64,000 nucleotides of DNA from positions 1 through 64,000 of the forward strand of contig MU005971.1 in NCBI GenBank assembly GCA_010093745.1, given 5' to 3'. The position numbers and the translations under genes are program-made. The notes beneath the pieces were generated by a model, which did not search any database, was not told the DNA's origin, and saw nothing but the letters and a program-made list of their open reading frames with translations. The stretch comes from Piedraia hortae CBS 480.64. Lineage: Eukaryota. Shown here one piece after another: positions 23,969 to 36,007 of the stretch. The number at the start of each line of letters is the position of its first letter. The first letter of the stretch is position 1.

Positions 23969-26881
23969 TCACGTATAAACACTCTCCGTCATGGAATTGA
24001 CCTGCAGCCCCCATTCCGCCATGTTGGCCTCCTCGAGGAAATCCAACGGCATCCAAACAATATGTCCCTTGATCTTGTCCAGCTGCTCTCGAACGTTATC
24101 CACGGGTTGAAAGCTGTCGTACAAGTGTCCAGCTTGGCGGGTGCCCTTAGCCCCGAGGAAGCGATCGTAGTCATCAAATGTAAGAACGTTGTCATCTGGA
24201 TCGGCGTGGAATAGCTGTCTGAAGACCACAGTGTTGGTGTCTGCCCGATCAGTCCATTCCTTCCATAGTTCATCAGACAGCGGATCGGTGACGAAGCGGT
24301 CGTATTCATCTCCTTCGTGGAAGAAATTCTCACCGTATCCCGGAGGCTGTGCATTGACATCCTCGCTGGCATCCAACGGCTGACTTGGCAGTAGACCCAA
24401 GTGTTCTCGCCAGAGCATGCGTCGAAGTGAAGCTGCATGGCGGCTTGCCACGTATTCCTGTCCATTCATGATTGATTGCATAGGCGTCCGATCTTCCATG
24501 ACGATTGACAGTTCAGAATCGTGGAACCCCAGCTGTGATCGGTCGTTGATGTTGCTCGAACCACATATCATCACACGATCATCTACAATCAAAAGTTTTC
24601 CGTGAATGTACAGTTCCTCTTGGATGAAATTTTCCAACTCTTGTTGTTTCATCTTTTCATCGTCTTTTTGGCCCTCGCCGTTGCGTCCTGGCCAGGCCTC
24701 TTGGCTCGGTAGCCTCTCGCCTAGCATGGCGTTCTTGGCAATTGTATCTTCGGTCATCGGCCCATGCTCCTTGCTGCGGCCTTGCCTGAATCGTTCCCTT
24801 TTGCTGCCGTGGAAGCCTTCTGCTGTCTCGTTGTCAGACTCGCGACGGTGGCGGTGCTTCTTGATTTGTGCCAGGTGACGAGTGCCCTTTTTGTTCAAGC
24901 TGCTATCTGAATCGTCACTCATGTTTTCGGGCATGACTTCCTGTGCCTGCTCGCGCTGCAGATCTTGGTACTTGACACCCGTCTCTTCTTCGATCTTTTT
25001 CAACGCTGGCGTCTTGTTGATGCGGTCATACGATCGGAGGTTGAAGAAGAACACGTACTTCTTCGGATTGACACCGGCAGCTTTCAGGCGACCGTATATC
25101 GACTCCTCGCCTCGGCAGATGGATTTGTACTGATAGTCCATTATTGCCCGAGTGCCGGTGGCAGCATCATCACGCAGATCCCCCGCAAATCCCGGGATCG
25201 TCGGCAGCATGACAATCACCCTGAACTTGCGTCCTTCATTGTGAGCTGCTATGCAGGCGTCAACGATGGCGGCTCCGATCAAGTTGTGCACCGGCGCCTG
25301 CTTGTCCCCCGTAGCCGTGATGAAGAATTGGTTTTCGATATAGACATAGTGCTTCGCCTCGCGGATCACCTGGCAGTAAGCGTTTTGAATGCTCTGCTCC
25401 GTTAAGATCCCGCTCGACCAATCCGCAGAACTGCGAACAAGCTGGGCGTGAACCGTCCCGTAACCATCTGCTAGTTTGCCGGCTCCGGGCATGTGCGAGG
25501 CGTAACCACCGTGTTTCTCGGCAACGCCACCAGACGCTGTGACGGTCCCCTCCTTTTGTGGGTCATTGCCAGTCATCTTTGCATTTTCTTGCTTGTCGAC
25601 ATCCTCCAAAGGCTGGTCACCAGGATGTGGGCGTCGGACATGGTGCTCCTGAGCGAATTCCCGGGCCTTTTGCCCAGCACCATGGAAATGATGGCGCTGT
25701 TCACTCGTGTAACCGTGTTCGTCCAGAGTCTCGGCGGCATCATGAAACTCGTCATCTCCATCAGACACGTTGCCATCCGAACCGACAAGGTGACCTTGTC
25801 TAGGATTGCCGGCCTTGTTCTGCAACGGAGAGAGCGGATGATGAATGTAGTCTCCCACGGGATGTTTGGGTCGCTGCACGCCCACCAAGTCTTCGTCGTC
25901 CCCCGTACGTCCGGAGAGCGTGAGCCAGTCATAACGATCGTCGCGTTTGTACTTGTCACGCTTGACAAAGTTCCATCTCAACACAAAATGCTCGGCAATG
26001 TCGTAGATGCAAGGCCCAATCAGGCCCATAGCAACATCATGCCAGGGCATACGACCATACTCTGACTTGGACAGTTCATTAGCTTTCCAATCGTCCACCG
26101 TCTTGAAGTCCATGATACGGTTGTTGTTGAAATCTTGGCCAGTCCAAACCTCGGAAGCGATATCGTTGGGATGGGCGTCGGATAGCGGATGCTGTCTCAG
26201 ATCCCATCGTCCGAAGCAGAGGTCCAGCCCACCGATGAACGCCATGTTGTAGTCGATGACGATGAACTTCTCATGGTGCGCCCAGTAAAAGGTCATATCA
26301 CCTGCGTTTTCAAAAAAGTTGTGGTCAGGATGTCTCATAACAACAATGTTTCGATATCCCGGGCTGCCTTTGGGACACAAAGCCTCCAGGGCGTGTTTTG
26401 TATGCAAAGAGTTGCAGGAAATGGCCGCCTCCACTTCCTTGTAAACGATCACGTAGATCTTGACACCGCGCTCCGCCGCGCGCTTGAGAACGCGATCCAG
26501 ACGCCATTCACGGTTTTGAATGGGCGGCCTACGAAGGAACAGCTCTGGACTGAGCCACCAATCCTCGATGTAGATGGTTTCCTTGGCCTGTTCCAATGCG
26601 ACCGATACAGCGTGGAAGTAGTCGCGACCGTCGACGTACCATTTGATCAGGTTTCCGTCTCGTTCTGGTGCAAACGACTGGAAACGATGCCCTTCGGCGA
26701 TGCGTGTCCGTTTTGCATCGGTTCTCTGCTCATGCGGTTCGTCATGACGATGGTTGGTGTTGACCAGATTCTCCAGTTTCCCAATGCGGTGCTTCAAGTG
26801 GATTGCGCCAACCTTTGCGTCATGAAGATGCGTATCCCGCAGCTTATCGCGCAATCCTTCAAACTTGTCTTTGATCGCCAT
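23969..26881 (-). CDS. Phospholipase D (two HKD motifs, no evident PX/PH domains)
   Basis: WAHHEKFIVID and YIHGKLLIVDD...GSSNINDRS; also WWLSPELFLRRP, RMPWHDV and YIENQFFI. Confidence 0.95.
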   Translation of the reverse strand: MAIKDKFEGLRDKLRDTHLHDAKVGAIHLKHRIGKLENLVNTNHRHDEPHEQRTDAKRTRIAEGHRFQSFAPERDGNLIKWYVDGRDYFHAVSVALEQAKETIYIEDWWLSPELFLRRPPIQNREWRLDRVLKRAAERGVKIYVIVYKEVEAAISCNSLHTKHALEALCPKGSPGYRNIVVMRHPDHNFFENAGDMTFYWAHHEKFIVIDYNMAFIGGLDLCFGRWDLRQHPLSDAHPNDIASEVWTGQDFNNNRIMDFKTVDDWKANELSKSEYGRMPWHDVAMGLIGPCIYDIAEHFVLRWNFVKRDKYKRDDRYDWLTLSGRTGDDEDLVGVQRPKHPVGDYIHHPLSPLQNKAGNPRQGHLVGSDGNVSDGDDEFHDAAETLDEHGYTSEQRHHFHGAGQKAREFAQEHHVRRPHPGDQPLEDVDKQENAKMTGNDPQKEGTVTASGGVAEKHGGYASHMPGAGKLADGYGTVHAQLVRSSADWSSGILTEQSIQNAYCQVIREAKHYVYIENQFFITATGDKQAPVHNLIGAAIVDACIAAHNEGRKFRVIVMLPTIPGFAGDLRDDAATGTRAIMDYQYKSICRGEESIYGRLKAAGVNPKKYVFFFNLRSYDRINKTPALKKIEEETGVKYQDLQREQAQEVMPENMSDDSDSSLNKKGTRHLAQIKKHRHRRESDNETAEGFHGSKRERFRQGRSKEHGPMTEDTIAKNAMLGERLPSQEAWPGRNGEGQKDDEKMKQQELENFIQEELYIHGKLLIVDDRVMICGSSNINDRSQLGFHDSELSIVMEDRTPMQSIMNGQEYVASRHAASLRRMLWREHLGLLPSQPLDASEDVNAQPPGYGENFFHEGDEYDRFVTDPLSDELWKEWTDRADTNTVVFRQLFHADPDDNVLTFDDYDRFLGAKGTRQAGHLYDSFQPVDNVREQLDKIKGHIVWMPLDFLEEANMAEWGLQVNSMTESVYT

Positions 26882-27411
26882 GAGCCTGAATGGAAAGTGG
26901 GAAATTCTGAATCCCCTTCCAGCCTCGGCGCATTATGGTGCCCCACTATTTCCAGGAAGTGACGTGTTGCTGACGTGAACCCCCGCCACTTGCAACGGCT
27001 TCCTTGGCATTCCAATGACATCCAACTCTGCCGGGCGCAAATGAGCTCGATGCAGTGCTGTAGTAATGGAATTTTTTGCGTAAGAGTTGGCGCAAATATA
27101 GTGCTGTGCAAAACAACCAGCGGCGCAGGTCGTAGGACTTGTCCCAGTCTTCTCTTTCCCCCATGAGAAGGTTTTGGAACGGAGCGTTGGAAGATCAGAC
27201 CTTATCAAGATGCTGTGGCCTATCGGCCTGCTCACCTTGCCATCTCTATGGTATAGGGTTGGTCATCGATGAACTCTTGAACAGTTCTGTGGGATGGAAC
27301 GACGAATTTTCCGTCGTTGGTTTGCCAAGACGGCTGCACAGGCCCCCCCGCTATGGGACTTTAAGCTTGTGTCACGCACAGACATCTTGATTCAGATAGA
27401 GCAGACAGCAT

Positions 27412-28008
27412 ATGTCAGCGATGGAACACGTCCGAAATGAGCTGGCCTCCTGGTGGGCACCGCATCCCGATGTTCCCGTGGCCTCTCATGCGCCGCAGAT
27501 TGGCTCCCCGGCCCCCCATACGCCCAAGCTGGGCCTGGAGCCCGGTCAACCAACCGTATTGGTTTTCCTTCGTCACTGCGGCTGTCCTTTTGCAGAGAAA
27601 ACATATCTGAACTTACGGGAAGTTGCTCGTCGGCACCTTGGCGTGGCCTTTATTGCCATCTCGCACTCGGATGAGCGTTCAACCACCGCCTGGCTCAAGT
27701 CACTCCCGCAAGTAGGTAGCGAAACTCCCAATGTCCGAGTGGTTGTCGATGCCCGCTTGGAGATCTACTCGGCGTGGGGACTTGGTCAAGCACCTTATGC
27801 CCATGTACTGAGCCCCGCCAGTCTATTTGAGGTATGGCGTCTAGCACGAGATGAAGGGATCGTCAACAGGCCTACGGATAGTGGGAGTAGATGGCAAATG
27901 TCAGGTTTCTTTGCTGTGGACAAAGACGGAATCGTTCGGTGGGGCAGACCGGCTAAAAGAGCAGACGAGATACCTGATTTCGAAGCTGCTGTGCGAGCTC
28001 TGGGATAG
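27412..28008 (+). CDS. Thioredoxin-fold peroxiredoxin-like protein (AhpC/TSA-2, PRXL2 type)
   Basis: VFLRHCGCPFAEK, YSAWGLG and GSRWQMSGFFAVD. Confidence 0.8.
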   Translation: MSAMEHVRNELASWWAPHPDVPVASHAPQIGSPAPHTPKLGLEPGQPTVLVFLRHCGCPFAEKTYLNLREVARRHLGVAFIAISHSDERSTTAWLKSLPQVGSETPNVRVVVDARLEIYSAWGLGQAPYAHVLSPASLFEVWRLARDEGIVNRPTDSGSRWQMSGFFAVDKDGIVRWGRPAKRADEIPDFEAAVRALG

Positions 28009-28096
28009 GCAAGGGGCTTGACGCGTCTGGTATTGCGAATCGACAGTAGCGGCGGAGCTAACCCAATGCAATAGGAACTGGCTCACCCAAGGCAGT

Positions 28097-28158
28097 TGGA
28101 GCTTTGTGGAGCTTTGTGGAGCTTTGTGGAGCTTTGTGGAGCTTTGTGGAGCTTTGTG
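28097..28158. repeat. Minisatellite (TGGAGCTTTG)x6
   Basis: Six perfect 10-mers between two convergent genes. Confidence 0.97.
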
Positions 28159-28244
28159 ACCGCATGGCAAATGCGTTGTGAGGGGCGCGGGCTATACCAT
28201 GGTCGAAACCAGATCATATGTGCAAGACACTTGATTGCATCTGG

Positions 28245-28904
28245 CTATTTGTCTACCAGCTGTTTAATCTTTTCCAACAGCACCCCGCTCTCTCTTCCCA
28301 GCCTTCTCTGACCATTTGGCCCCACGGCGCGAGCCTTGGCCATTTGCCGACGAAACCGCTCTCGTTGCTCGGCTTTAGCTTGGCGCTGTTTCCTTTCTTC
28401 ATCTTGGAGTCTGCGTCTCTCTTCGGCTTCGGCTTTGCGCTTCAACCCTTCCTCGCGTTCACGTTTGAATGGTGTCGTCTTTGGTGGGCGTTGTTTACGC
28501 TGACGTGCAGGCTTCTCTCCAGTCTGGTCATCCTCCGTGCTGATCTGGTTGGGATATTCTCTTTGATCCATGAGGGCTTGTCGGTCGGGATGAGGTGCTG
28601 TGGTAACCGCTTCGGACTCCTGGGCACTCTCAACCTCGGGTTTCTGCATCTCCTCCCTCATGGATGCCGGAATGGGTATTCGATCTCGCTCATCGTGTGC
28701 TACGGCATATTTTTTCAAGCTCTGCCTGTATTCCTTCTTCACTTTGGCCTTTCCAATCAGAGTTTCCTTTATCTTTTGATTTTTGCGCTTGTATGCGCCG
28801 TCTGGTAGGTTGGCGGGTCCGACTTGGAAACCGCCCTTGCGCTTTTGCTTCTTCTTACCCGGTCGGTAGTCGGGAACATTATCGCGTGGGCGCTTCTCTG
28901 CCAT
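28245..28904 (-). CDS. FYV7: rRNA-processing protein Fyv7-like
   Basis: GFQVGPANLPDGAYKRKNQKIKETLI and GQRRLGRESGVLLEKI in a basic coiled-coil protein. Confidence 0.75.
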   Translation of the reverse strand: MAEKRPRDNVPDYRPGKKKQKRKGGFQVGPANLPDGAYKRKNQKIKETLIGKAKVKKEYRQSLKKYAVAHDERDRIPIPASMREEMQKPEVESAQESEAVTTAPHPDRQALMDQREYPNQISTEDDQTGEKPARQRKQRPPKTTPFKREREEGLKRKAEAEERRRLQDEERKQRQAKAEQRERFRRQMAKARAVGPNGQRRLGRESGVLLEKIKQLVDK

Positions 28905-29313
28905 GGTTAATATCAGATTCGTGTGTTTGTGCTTGGTTGTGACATGGAAGGTTGGCTAGTGGAACGGGCCGTCCCGCTTCACCGCTCCGTTCCTTGGGCG
29001 AATATCAGTGCATGTCGCTGTGAATCAGCGTAGTCGTGCAAGTGCGTCGTGAGTGGAGAGCAGCTGGCCTAGCTGAAATGCGAACACTGTCTCCCTCTCT
29101 TGACAGCATCGGTGATCGGTGTCACACGAGGTAATGGGGGTGGCCATAAGTGGATTAGCGCGGCCATCTATGTGGGGCTAGCGCCTAGTAGAAATTGTGT
29201 CGTGTTCTCCAAGCATTCCCTTGCGCGCACCACTTCCCAATACTGATCCCAAAAGACTTGTCACTGCCCACCACAGAACACGCGCTGTTTGGTCCACTGA
29301 ATTATTCATTAGC

Positions 29314-32300
29314 ATGGCTCCTTCCACATTTGCCTCCGCCGCGGCGGGTAACACATCCAACCCATCAGGGCGCGACGGAACTTCTGAATGGCAAGTCACG
29401 GATTTCTCTGGGGCCTCGATGGTCTTGATCTAGAGCCTGGGGAGGATGTTATGAACACGGAGCTGACTGTAGGTTGTCCACAGGTCTCGTAGGCCCAACG
29501 GCGCGACCCAGACCTTCCGCAGACCTTCTGGCGCAACAACAACAACTGCTACGACGTCCCATGTGCAGCCCGACGCGGCTACCCCGAACTCAACCCACCC
29601 GATGCCCCGCTACGTTCCGCCCCATCGAAATGGGCCTTTTGCCGACTCTACCCGCTACACCAAAGAGCAGCTGCTGGAAATGGGGGCACACACGCTCTCT
29701 GCTCCCGGGGCGCGTACCGAAGGGCTTAGCCAAATACTGATGCCCGGATGGCTGCCAAACCAAACCAATGGAGTGCCTACGGCCAGAGGTCGGACTGAGC
29801 AGCCAGGGCCGGACGCGTGCTGGATTAGCGAGGGGACCAACGATCCGCTGGGGTTCACGGAGCTCAACGACGAAGAAAGAGAGCTCTTCACCACTTCGGT
29901 GAACACGCCGCTGAAACCGCCCATCAAAGACGGACAGGGACGAAAGGCTTCGGCTGCAGGCGTCATAGGTTCGTCGGAATGTGGCCCTAGGGCTACTGGG
30001 CTGACAAGAGGCGTAGGACGTCGTCGAGATACGAGTGATTCCTTCTCTTTGCTCGGCAACTCGTTGCCTTCGCCGGCTATCCGTGATGAAGGACGAGCAC
30101 CCTCGCCGCCCCCGGCTCTGCAGCGTAGACGTACGGATCTGCGCGATTCGGCAAGAAGCGAGGATCGCAGCGAGGGCGATGACAAACATGGCTCGTTAGG
30201 CTCTGTTAAGCGCAATCCATTGAGTGCTGGTCTGACTGGTAGTCCTTCCCCGTGGTCCAATTCTCTTCAGAATCCTAGCTTCGCTCCGATGGGCTCTTTT
30301 GGCAACTTTGGAGGAGGACAGGCAGGCGAGAAGCGGCCGGGTCTGGGCGGTGGCCGAGTCGAGAGCAGGTTCAAAACCGTCCTGAACAAAGACAGCGGCG
30401 AGGAGTTGTCTTCGCCCCTATCCCAGCGCAAACCGAGCGTCTCCGGTCCCCTTTGCGCTACCGAGAAGGATTCCTGGCGTCTCGGAGGGCGTGAGGCCAA
30501 TCGGCTGGTGGAAGACGATGAGGGTTTGCCGTCCGGCAGCGCAGCATTGGCCGGTCTGACTGAATCTAGCCAGGAATTGCAGCCGACGAGAGGTGGCCAC
30601 CACCGTGCAGGCACTCGGAGCCGCGCTCCGGACGAATTCGGCTTCGGTACGTTTGGTATGACTGCGGACAACGTGGGCGGTCTGGGGGGTACCTTTGCGG
30701 GACACCATCAGGCTGGACAGCGTCATCAGGGTGCCTTGGAGCCCTTGAGCCCTACTGACACTAATCCCTACCGTTCCCCCGAGCAACGTCTGGTCAGTCA
30801 TCTGATTGCCGACGATGACGATGGGAGCGAGGATCTGTCTCATACGCATCTCGCGGGGCTTGGCACAATGGGTGGTGCTCCAGAGCAGGCGCAACAGTTT
30901 GGTGGACTCAGTGGACTCGGAAGTTTGTCACACTTTCAAGGGAGTTCAGGGTCCCATGGTGCCCCCGGAGACAGCAGCCAAAGCAGTAGCGTTGCTGGCC
31001 ACCGCAACTATGCCCCCATCGGGGGTCTGGGACATGTGGGAAGCGGTGCGTTCCCCTGGCAGCCCGGAGCTTTTGCTACCCAATCTCGACCAGCTGCTGG
31101 AGTGTCTCGCGTCTTCGGGGGAGGCATGGGTGGAGGATTATTTGCCAGCTCCATGGCCGAAATGCAGTCGCCAGCCCTAGCAGGACTTGGGACTCCCAGC
31201 CCGTTTAGCTCGCAGAGTGCAGGCGGTTACGGGAGCAGAGTGACGGGAGCAATGTCTTTGTCCGCGATGCAAGAGCCAGCGAGGCATGACGAACGAGACA
31301 GCGCGTTCTCGATGCATGGCGTTGAAGAGCAGCTTCCAACGTATGGCGCGAATGGGTCTAGTGACCAAGGTCAGCAGCAAAGCGACCCAGGGGCGTCGTC
31401 GGACGATGCGTCTGGCGGCCTTCCGTCGGCCTCTTCTGCGCCTCAGCAGCAGCAGCAGCAGCAGCGGGTCATGGTCATGCCAGACAGGATGCGCTGGATC
31501 TACCGCGATCCTCAGGGCAACAAACAGGGCCCATGGTCTGGCCTCGAAATGCACGACTGGTACAAGGCCGGCTTCTTCACGCGCGAGCTCTTGGTCAAGA
31601 GATTGGAGGATCCCGACTACGAACCTCTGGCGCAGATGATTCGCCGCATTGGCAACTCGCGTGAACCGTTCTTGGTACCCCAGATCGGCATTCCCCACGG
31701 CCCACCGTCAAGTAACGGCGCAGGTCCGAATGCTTGGGCTGGCGGAGCCAACGGTGGATCATCCGGCAACGGCACTGCTCAGCCGCCCTTTGCTGGCAGT
31801 TTTCCCAGCTTTGGAACGACACTGACGGCTGAGCAGCAGAATGCACTGGAGCGACGAAAGCAGGAAGAACAGTACTTGATAGCGAGGCAGAAGGAGCATC
31901 TGGCCCGAATGCAGCATGTGGGCACAGCAGGCCTTCCTCACCCGGCTCTTGTGACTCCTTCGCTTCAAGGCCAGCTGCATCATCAGGGGTCGGTCCAGAG
32001 CCTGCATTCGCAGCCAAGTTACGGTAGCATTACCAATCCCGCCTACCAGCCCTCGCCCATTCAGGCCCCAACTCCCGGTGGACTTGCAGCGTTTTATGAC
32101 GCCGCATACCGCGCGCCTATGACTGCAGGCGGTTTGGGTCCCGTTGGCGGCGGTCTCGATTCATTAGCGCACATTAGAGAAGAGGCACTGCCCGGGCTCG
32201 GAGATGGTTTGACTGTAGCCAACCGTGCCCACTTTGGCGCCCCCGGCCAGCCCTTTACCGGTTCACAGCCGCAACAGTCATATATGGGCGCCCCAGACGC

Positions 32301-33710
32301 GCACACGCAGCGTTTGGCCCTTCAGGATCGCGTACGCCTGCAGCAGGAACAAGCCGAGCACGACGCAAGACAGACGAATGAAGAGCCCATTGGCGTGAAC
32401 GAGCGGATGAGGGAATTTCACCAACTACAAGGAACGACATTAAACGACCGCTTTTCATCAATCGGTGCAACAGGGACTACAAACCCCCAGGAGACCATGT
32501 CACTCACGGATCAAGTGAAGAGTGCGACTGGGCCTCAGTCTTCGCACGTCGATGCAAATCTGCCTCAACCCTTCCCGCCCGCGCCGTCTCAATCACCCCT
32601 TCCTGCTCCAGCAGCGCAGCGGGCGTCGCGCGGGAACGTCGCTGATCAACTGCAGCAAGACTCATCCGAGCCCTCTTACACGCCTTCGGAGGATAATGTC
32701 AGCTCCACGCCAGCGCCTTGGGCGAAAGAGTCGTCCGAAGCTCCAAAAGGCCCTTCTTTGAAGGCTATCCAGGAGATTGAAGCCAAGAAAGCGGCTGAGG
32801 CCGAAGCTGCGGCCGCCGCTGCCCGTCGTGCGGCGCAAGAGAAGCGGATGGAGTTGCATTCGAGCGTTGTTACGCAGCCTGGACTGCCGGCTGCGGCAAG
32901 CTGGGCAAGTGCATCCCCCGCCACACCCACCAGCGGTTCCGTGGCCAGCCCGTGGGCCAAGGCTCCGCCCAAGGCGACGAACGCCCCGACCAAGACTCTC
33001 GCTCAGATCCAAAAGGAAGAAGAGGCTCGTAAGCGACAGATGACGGCCGCATCCGCCGACACTGCGCGTAACGTGCCGACGAGTAGCAAGAGCTATGCTA
33101 CCCTCGCTAGCAAGCCGACGGCCGGAGCCAGTAGCCAATCCAGCGGAGCCTGGACGACGGTAGGCGCCAGTGGAAAGACCAAGGGGCCCGTGACCGCTGC
33201 CCCTGCGGCGACATACGCAGCTCCTACGTCGACTACCAACAAGTCTGCACCAGCCAAAAGGCTCGTTACCCGACCAGCCAATGTCAAGCAAGCGGTCAAT
33301 TCTGTTGATGCCATGGAAGAGCTGCGTAAGTGGGCTTTGGCTGAGTTGGGGCCTGATTTGCGAAAGGGAATGAGTGGTAGGCGAGATGAGTTGTTCGCTT
33401 GTCTAAATGCTAACTATGACTAGCTGATTCGGTTGTGGATGCGCTGGCAATGCTGGGAACAGATGCCGATGGCTTGACTGAGACGGTACACCAAGCGTCG
33501 TCGACGATTGATTCGAGACACTTTGTCCAGGAATATCTACGTCGCAGGAAGCTGGCTGATAAGGGCCTGGTTGATACGTCGGCGATTTCAAAGGCGCCCG
33601 CAGCAAGTGGGTGGAACGAAGTGGCCAAGAGCAGGCCCAGCAAGGAGCCGTCTGCCATCGAAAGCGATGCAGCATTCCGCGTGGTGAATAAGAAGAAGGG
33701 CAGGAAATAG
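29314..33710 (+). CDS. GYF-domain protein (Smy2/Syh1/GIGYF-like); introns 29391-29483 (GC-AG) and 33377-33423
   Basis: WIYRDPQGNKQGPWSGLEMHDWYKAGFF GYF domain, YVPPH, and C-terminal DSRHFVQEYLRRR. Confidence 0.9.
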
Positions 33711-34093
33711 GGCAGCCAAGGTAGCTGACGTAGCTTCGACACATGACGTTGCAAGGTCCGGGCCGAGCTTAGTGACCGTTTTACCGGGCCGTTCCGGTGA
33801 ACCATCGACCTCCCCAAACCAATTCAACCCTGTTTTTGTCCGACTCGCGTTCCGGTTCATTGTCGTGAGCAAGTATTAGGGTAGATGAAATGGATAAAGG
33901 TGACACAGACTTGGATGAATGTAGACTGTCTCGACATTGCCGGGCGATCATGGGCAGAGGACCCTGTGGCCGTGGGTGCCCCTGGCCCTAATGACCTGCC
34001 TCAAGTCTGCGCCCGGGCCTCATCTGGACTTATCGTGAACGTTGTATAAGATTGCATGGGACTGTTCAAGCTGATGCCGCTCGGCCGGCCCAT

Positions 34094-36007
34094 ATGTCGC
34101 TGCTTCACCTGTTTAGCCGACCCAAGGTCGAAAAGGCTCGTGGATATGTCGAAGCTGCGGCTCCAGGCCTGCTCAACTTTCCCTTTGTCCAGGCTGCCAC
34201 CGCTCCTGCCGTTTCGACTCCGGAGCCTCCGGTAGGATTCGGCCTTTTGGACCCTCTGCCAACGCTGTCCCAGGCTTCTAGACAGGCCACCAAGCAGGGA
34301 AGGGTGGCCATATCGGTCCTGGCCGCGGATGGAACCTTGGTCAAGTCCAGGGTCCGCGCCCTTGCCCAGCATCACACCAAGCTGATTGTCTTGCTCCCAT
34401 CGGGCTACCTGCTACAGTACGCAACCGATGGATCTGACGATAGACTCCCCGAGAGCATCTTGGCTCTGGGTCCCGATTCAGCTGCGTTTGCCTGCGATTT
34501 AATCCCAGGCCAGCAATTTGTCCTGCAAGTCGTCCACTCCATCGAGCGCGAAGCGAGTATCCCCGGCCGCACCTCTTTCCTAACCCGCCTGGGCATCCGC
34601 CATGCCTCAACCCGCCGCAGCCTCGTACGGATGCTTCTCATCCTCCTAGATGCCTTCGAAATGGAAACCTGGATGTCTTCCATCCGCCAAGTCATCGACT
34701 CCCGCAGAGTGCAACCCATCCCCCCCATCGAGACATCCTCCCTCAGCTCCTCAATCCCCGAATCACCAGACCAGCCCCAACCTCCCAACCCCCGAGCCTC
34801 CCATTCCACAAACGCCTCCTCCACAACAGCAGTGGCATCCCGCACAAACAGCGAAACATCCCTCCCTCTGGAAACCCAAAACCCTTTATATCGGAAACTC
34901 GCCTCCTACGACACCACCGGCCGGCAAAATAAATCCCTTAAACCCTCAGTCCCCTACGCATTCGAGCTCCCCCCAACCCCACCCCAACCTAGAACATTCT
35001 CAAGCCCGCATATCCTTTCAGGACATACAACCCCGAGACCCCCCGCCTCGCGCCGTCCGACGCTCAATCTCCCCCTCAAAATTAACCCTTCGCCGTCCGC
35101 GGGGAGGAGTTTTAGTGCTTCTTACGAAATGGGCCCGAGGCCAAGGATGCCTCCTGCGGAAGTGATCGAGGGGGTTATGGAGAGGCCGAAGAGTATTCAT
35201 CTCGCAGAGGGAACGGTTTCCTTCCCCGCGCCGCCGATTAGGAGGCTTAGGCCGTCGAGGTTGGGGGCAGAAAGTTCCATTAGAGGTGAGGCGAGCAGTG
35301 GGGAGGATAAGAAGGAGGGGGTGGGAGAGGAGAAGGGTGATGCTATGAAGGGAGATGCGACGGAAGAGGTGGCAAAGAATGCGAAACTCGCGAGACCGGT
35401 CACTACTGCGGAATCGAAGGGTTCGGGAGATGGTACTAAGGGCTGTGCTGCGAAGAGCAATGCATCGGGTGACGTGACAAAAAGCGTGAAACCCACCAGA
35501 CCCATCACAACAGCGGATATGAAGGCTTCGGGAGATGTTACCAAGAATGATGCCACGGGGGATGCCACAAAAAGTGTAAAACCCGCCACTCCAGTAACGA
35601 CCGCAGATCTGAAGATACCTTCACGAGAGGGAATGAGCGATGCCACAGTGGAGAAGAGCGCAGAACCTACCAGACCAGTTTCTACAGCGGATTTGAAAGC
35701 CCCCGGGGTTGTGCCTGGAAACAACACGGGGAACGTTACAAAGAGTGTGATACCTTACAGACCAGTTACGACAGCGGATATGAAGGCCCCACAGGATGTG
35801 ACTGATAATAACACGGGGGGTGTGTCAAGAAGTGCGAAGCCCGCCAGACCAGTAACAACAACAGATCTAAAGATCCCCTCCGGAGATCGGATCAAGCGCG
35901 AAGAAATGAAAACCCTACAGACCCTCCATCTCAGTTTCTCCGGCGGCTTTGGACCGCCAAAACCGCCGCCCGAGGTTCCGTTGCCGGATTTACCGGGTGG
36001 TAGGTAA
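34094..36007 (+). CDS. PH-like-domain protein with C-terminal tandem repeats (start uncertain)
   Basis: SGYLLQYA..G..DRLPE.IL.LGPDSAAFACDLIPG, and METWMSSIRQVI as the PH helix; terminal GPPKPPPEVPLPDLP. Confidence 0.75.
   Translation: MSLLHLFSRPKVEKARGYVEAAAPGLLNFPFVQAATAPAVSTPEPPVGFGLLDPLPTLSQASRQATKQGRVAISVLAADGTLVKSRVRALAQHHTKLIVLLPSGYLLQYATDGSDDRLPESILALGPDSAAFACDLIPGQQFVLQVVHSIEREASIPGRTSFLTRLGIRHASTRRSLVRMLLILLDAFEMETWMSSIRQVIDSRRVQPIPPIETSSLSSSIPESPDQPQPPNPRASHSTNASSTTAVASRTNSETSLPLETQNPLYRKLASYDTTGRQNKSLKPSVPYAFELPPTPPQPRTFSSPHILSGHTTPRPPASRRPTLNLPLKINPSPSAGRSFSASYEMGPRPRMPPAEVIEGVMERPKSIHLAEGTVSFPAPPIRRLRPSRLGAESSIRGEASSGEDKKEGVGEEKGDAMKGDATEEVAKNAKLARPVTTAESKGSGDGTKGCAAKSNASGDVTKSVKPTRPITTADMKASGDVTKNDATGDATKSVKPATPVTTADLKIPSREGMSDATVEKSAEPTRPVSTADLKAPGVVPGNNTGNVTKSVIPYRPVTTADMKAPQDVTDNNTGGVSRSAKPARPVTTTDLKIPSGDRIKREEMKTLQTLHLSFSGGFGPPKPPPEVPLPDLPGGR
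35360..35880 (+). repeat. Six degenerate coding repeats (K-S-x-K-P-x-R-P-V-T-T-A-D-x-K), period about 30 aa
   Basis: ARPVTTAESK, TRPITTADMK, ATPVTTADLK, TRPVSTADLK, YRPVTTADMK and ARPVTTTDLK. Confidence 0.9.

Noticed and set aside
6724..26881. SRF1, phospholipase D and VPS34 as a lipid-signalling cluster
   Set aside because: The genes are separated by unrelated ones, and the PLD lacks the PX/PH domains of Spo14, the known Srf1 partner.
28097..28158. Tandem repeats as CRISPR-like arrays
   Set aside because: No spacers, and the context is eukaryotic; this is a simple minisatellite.
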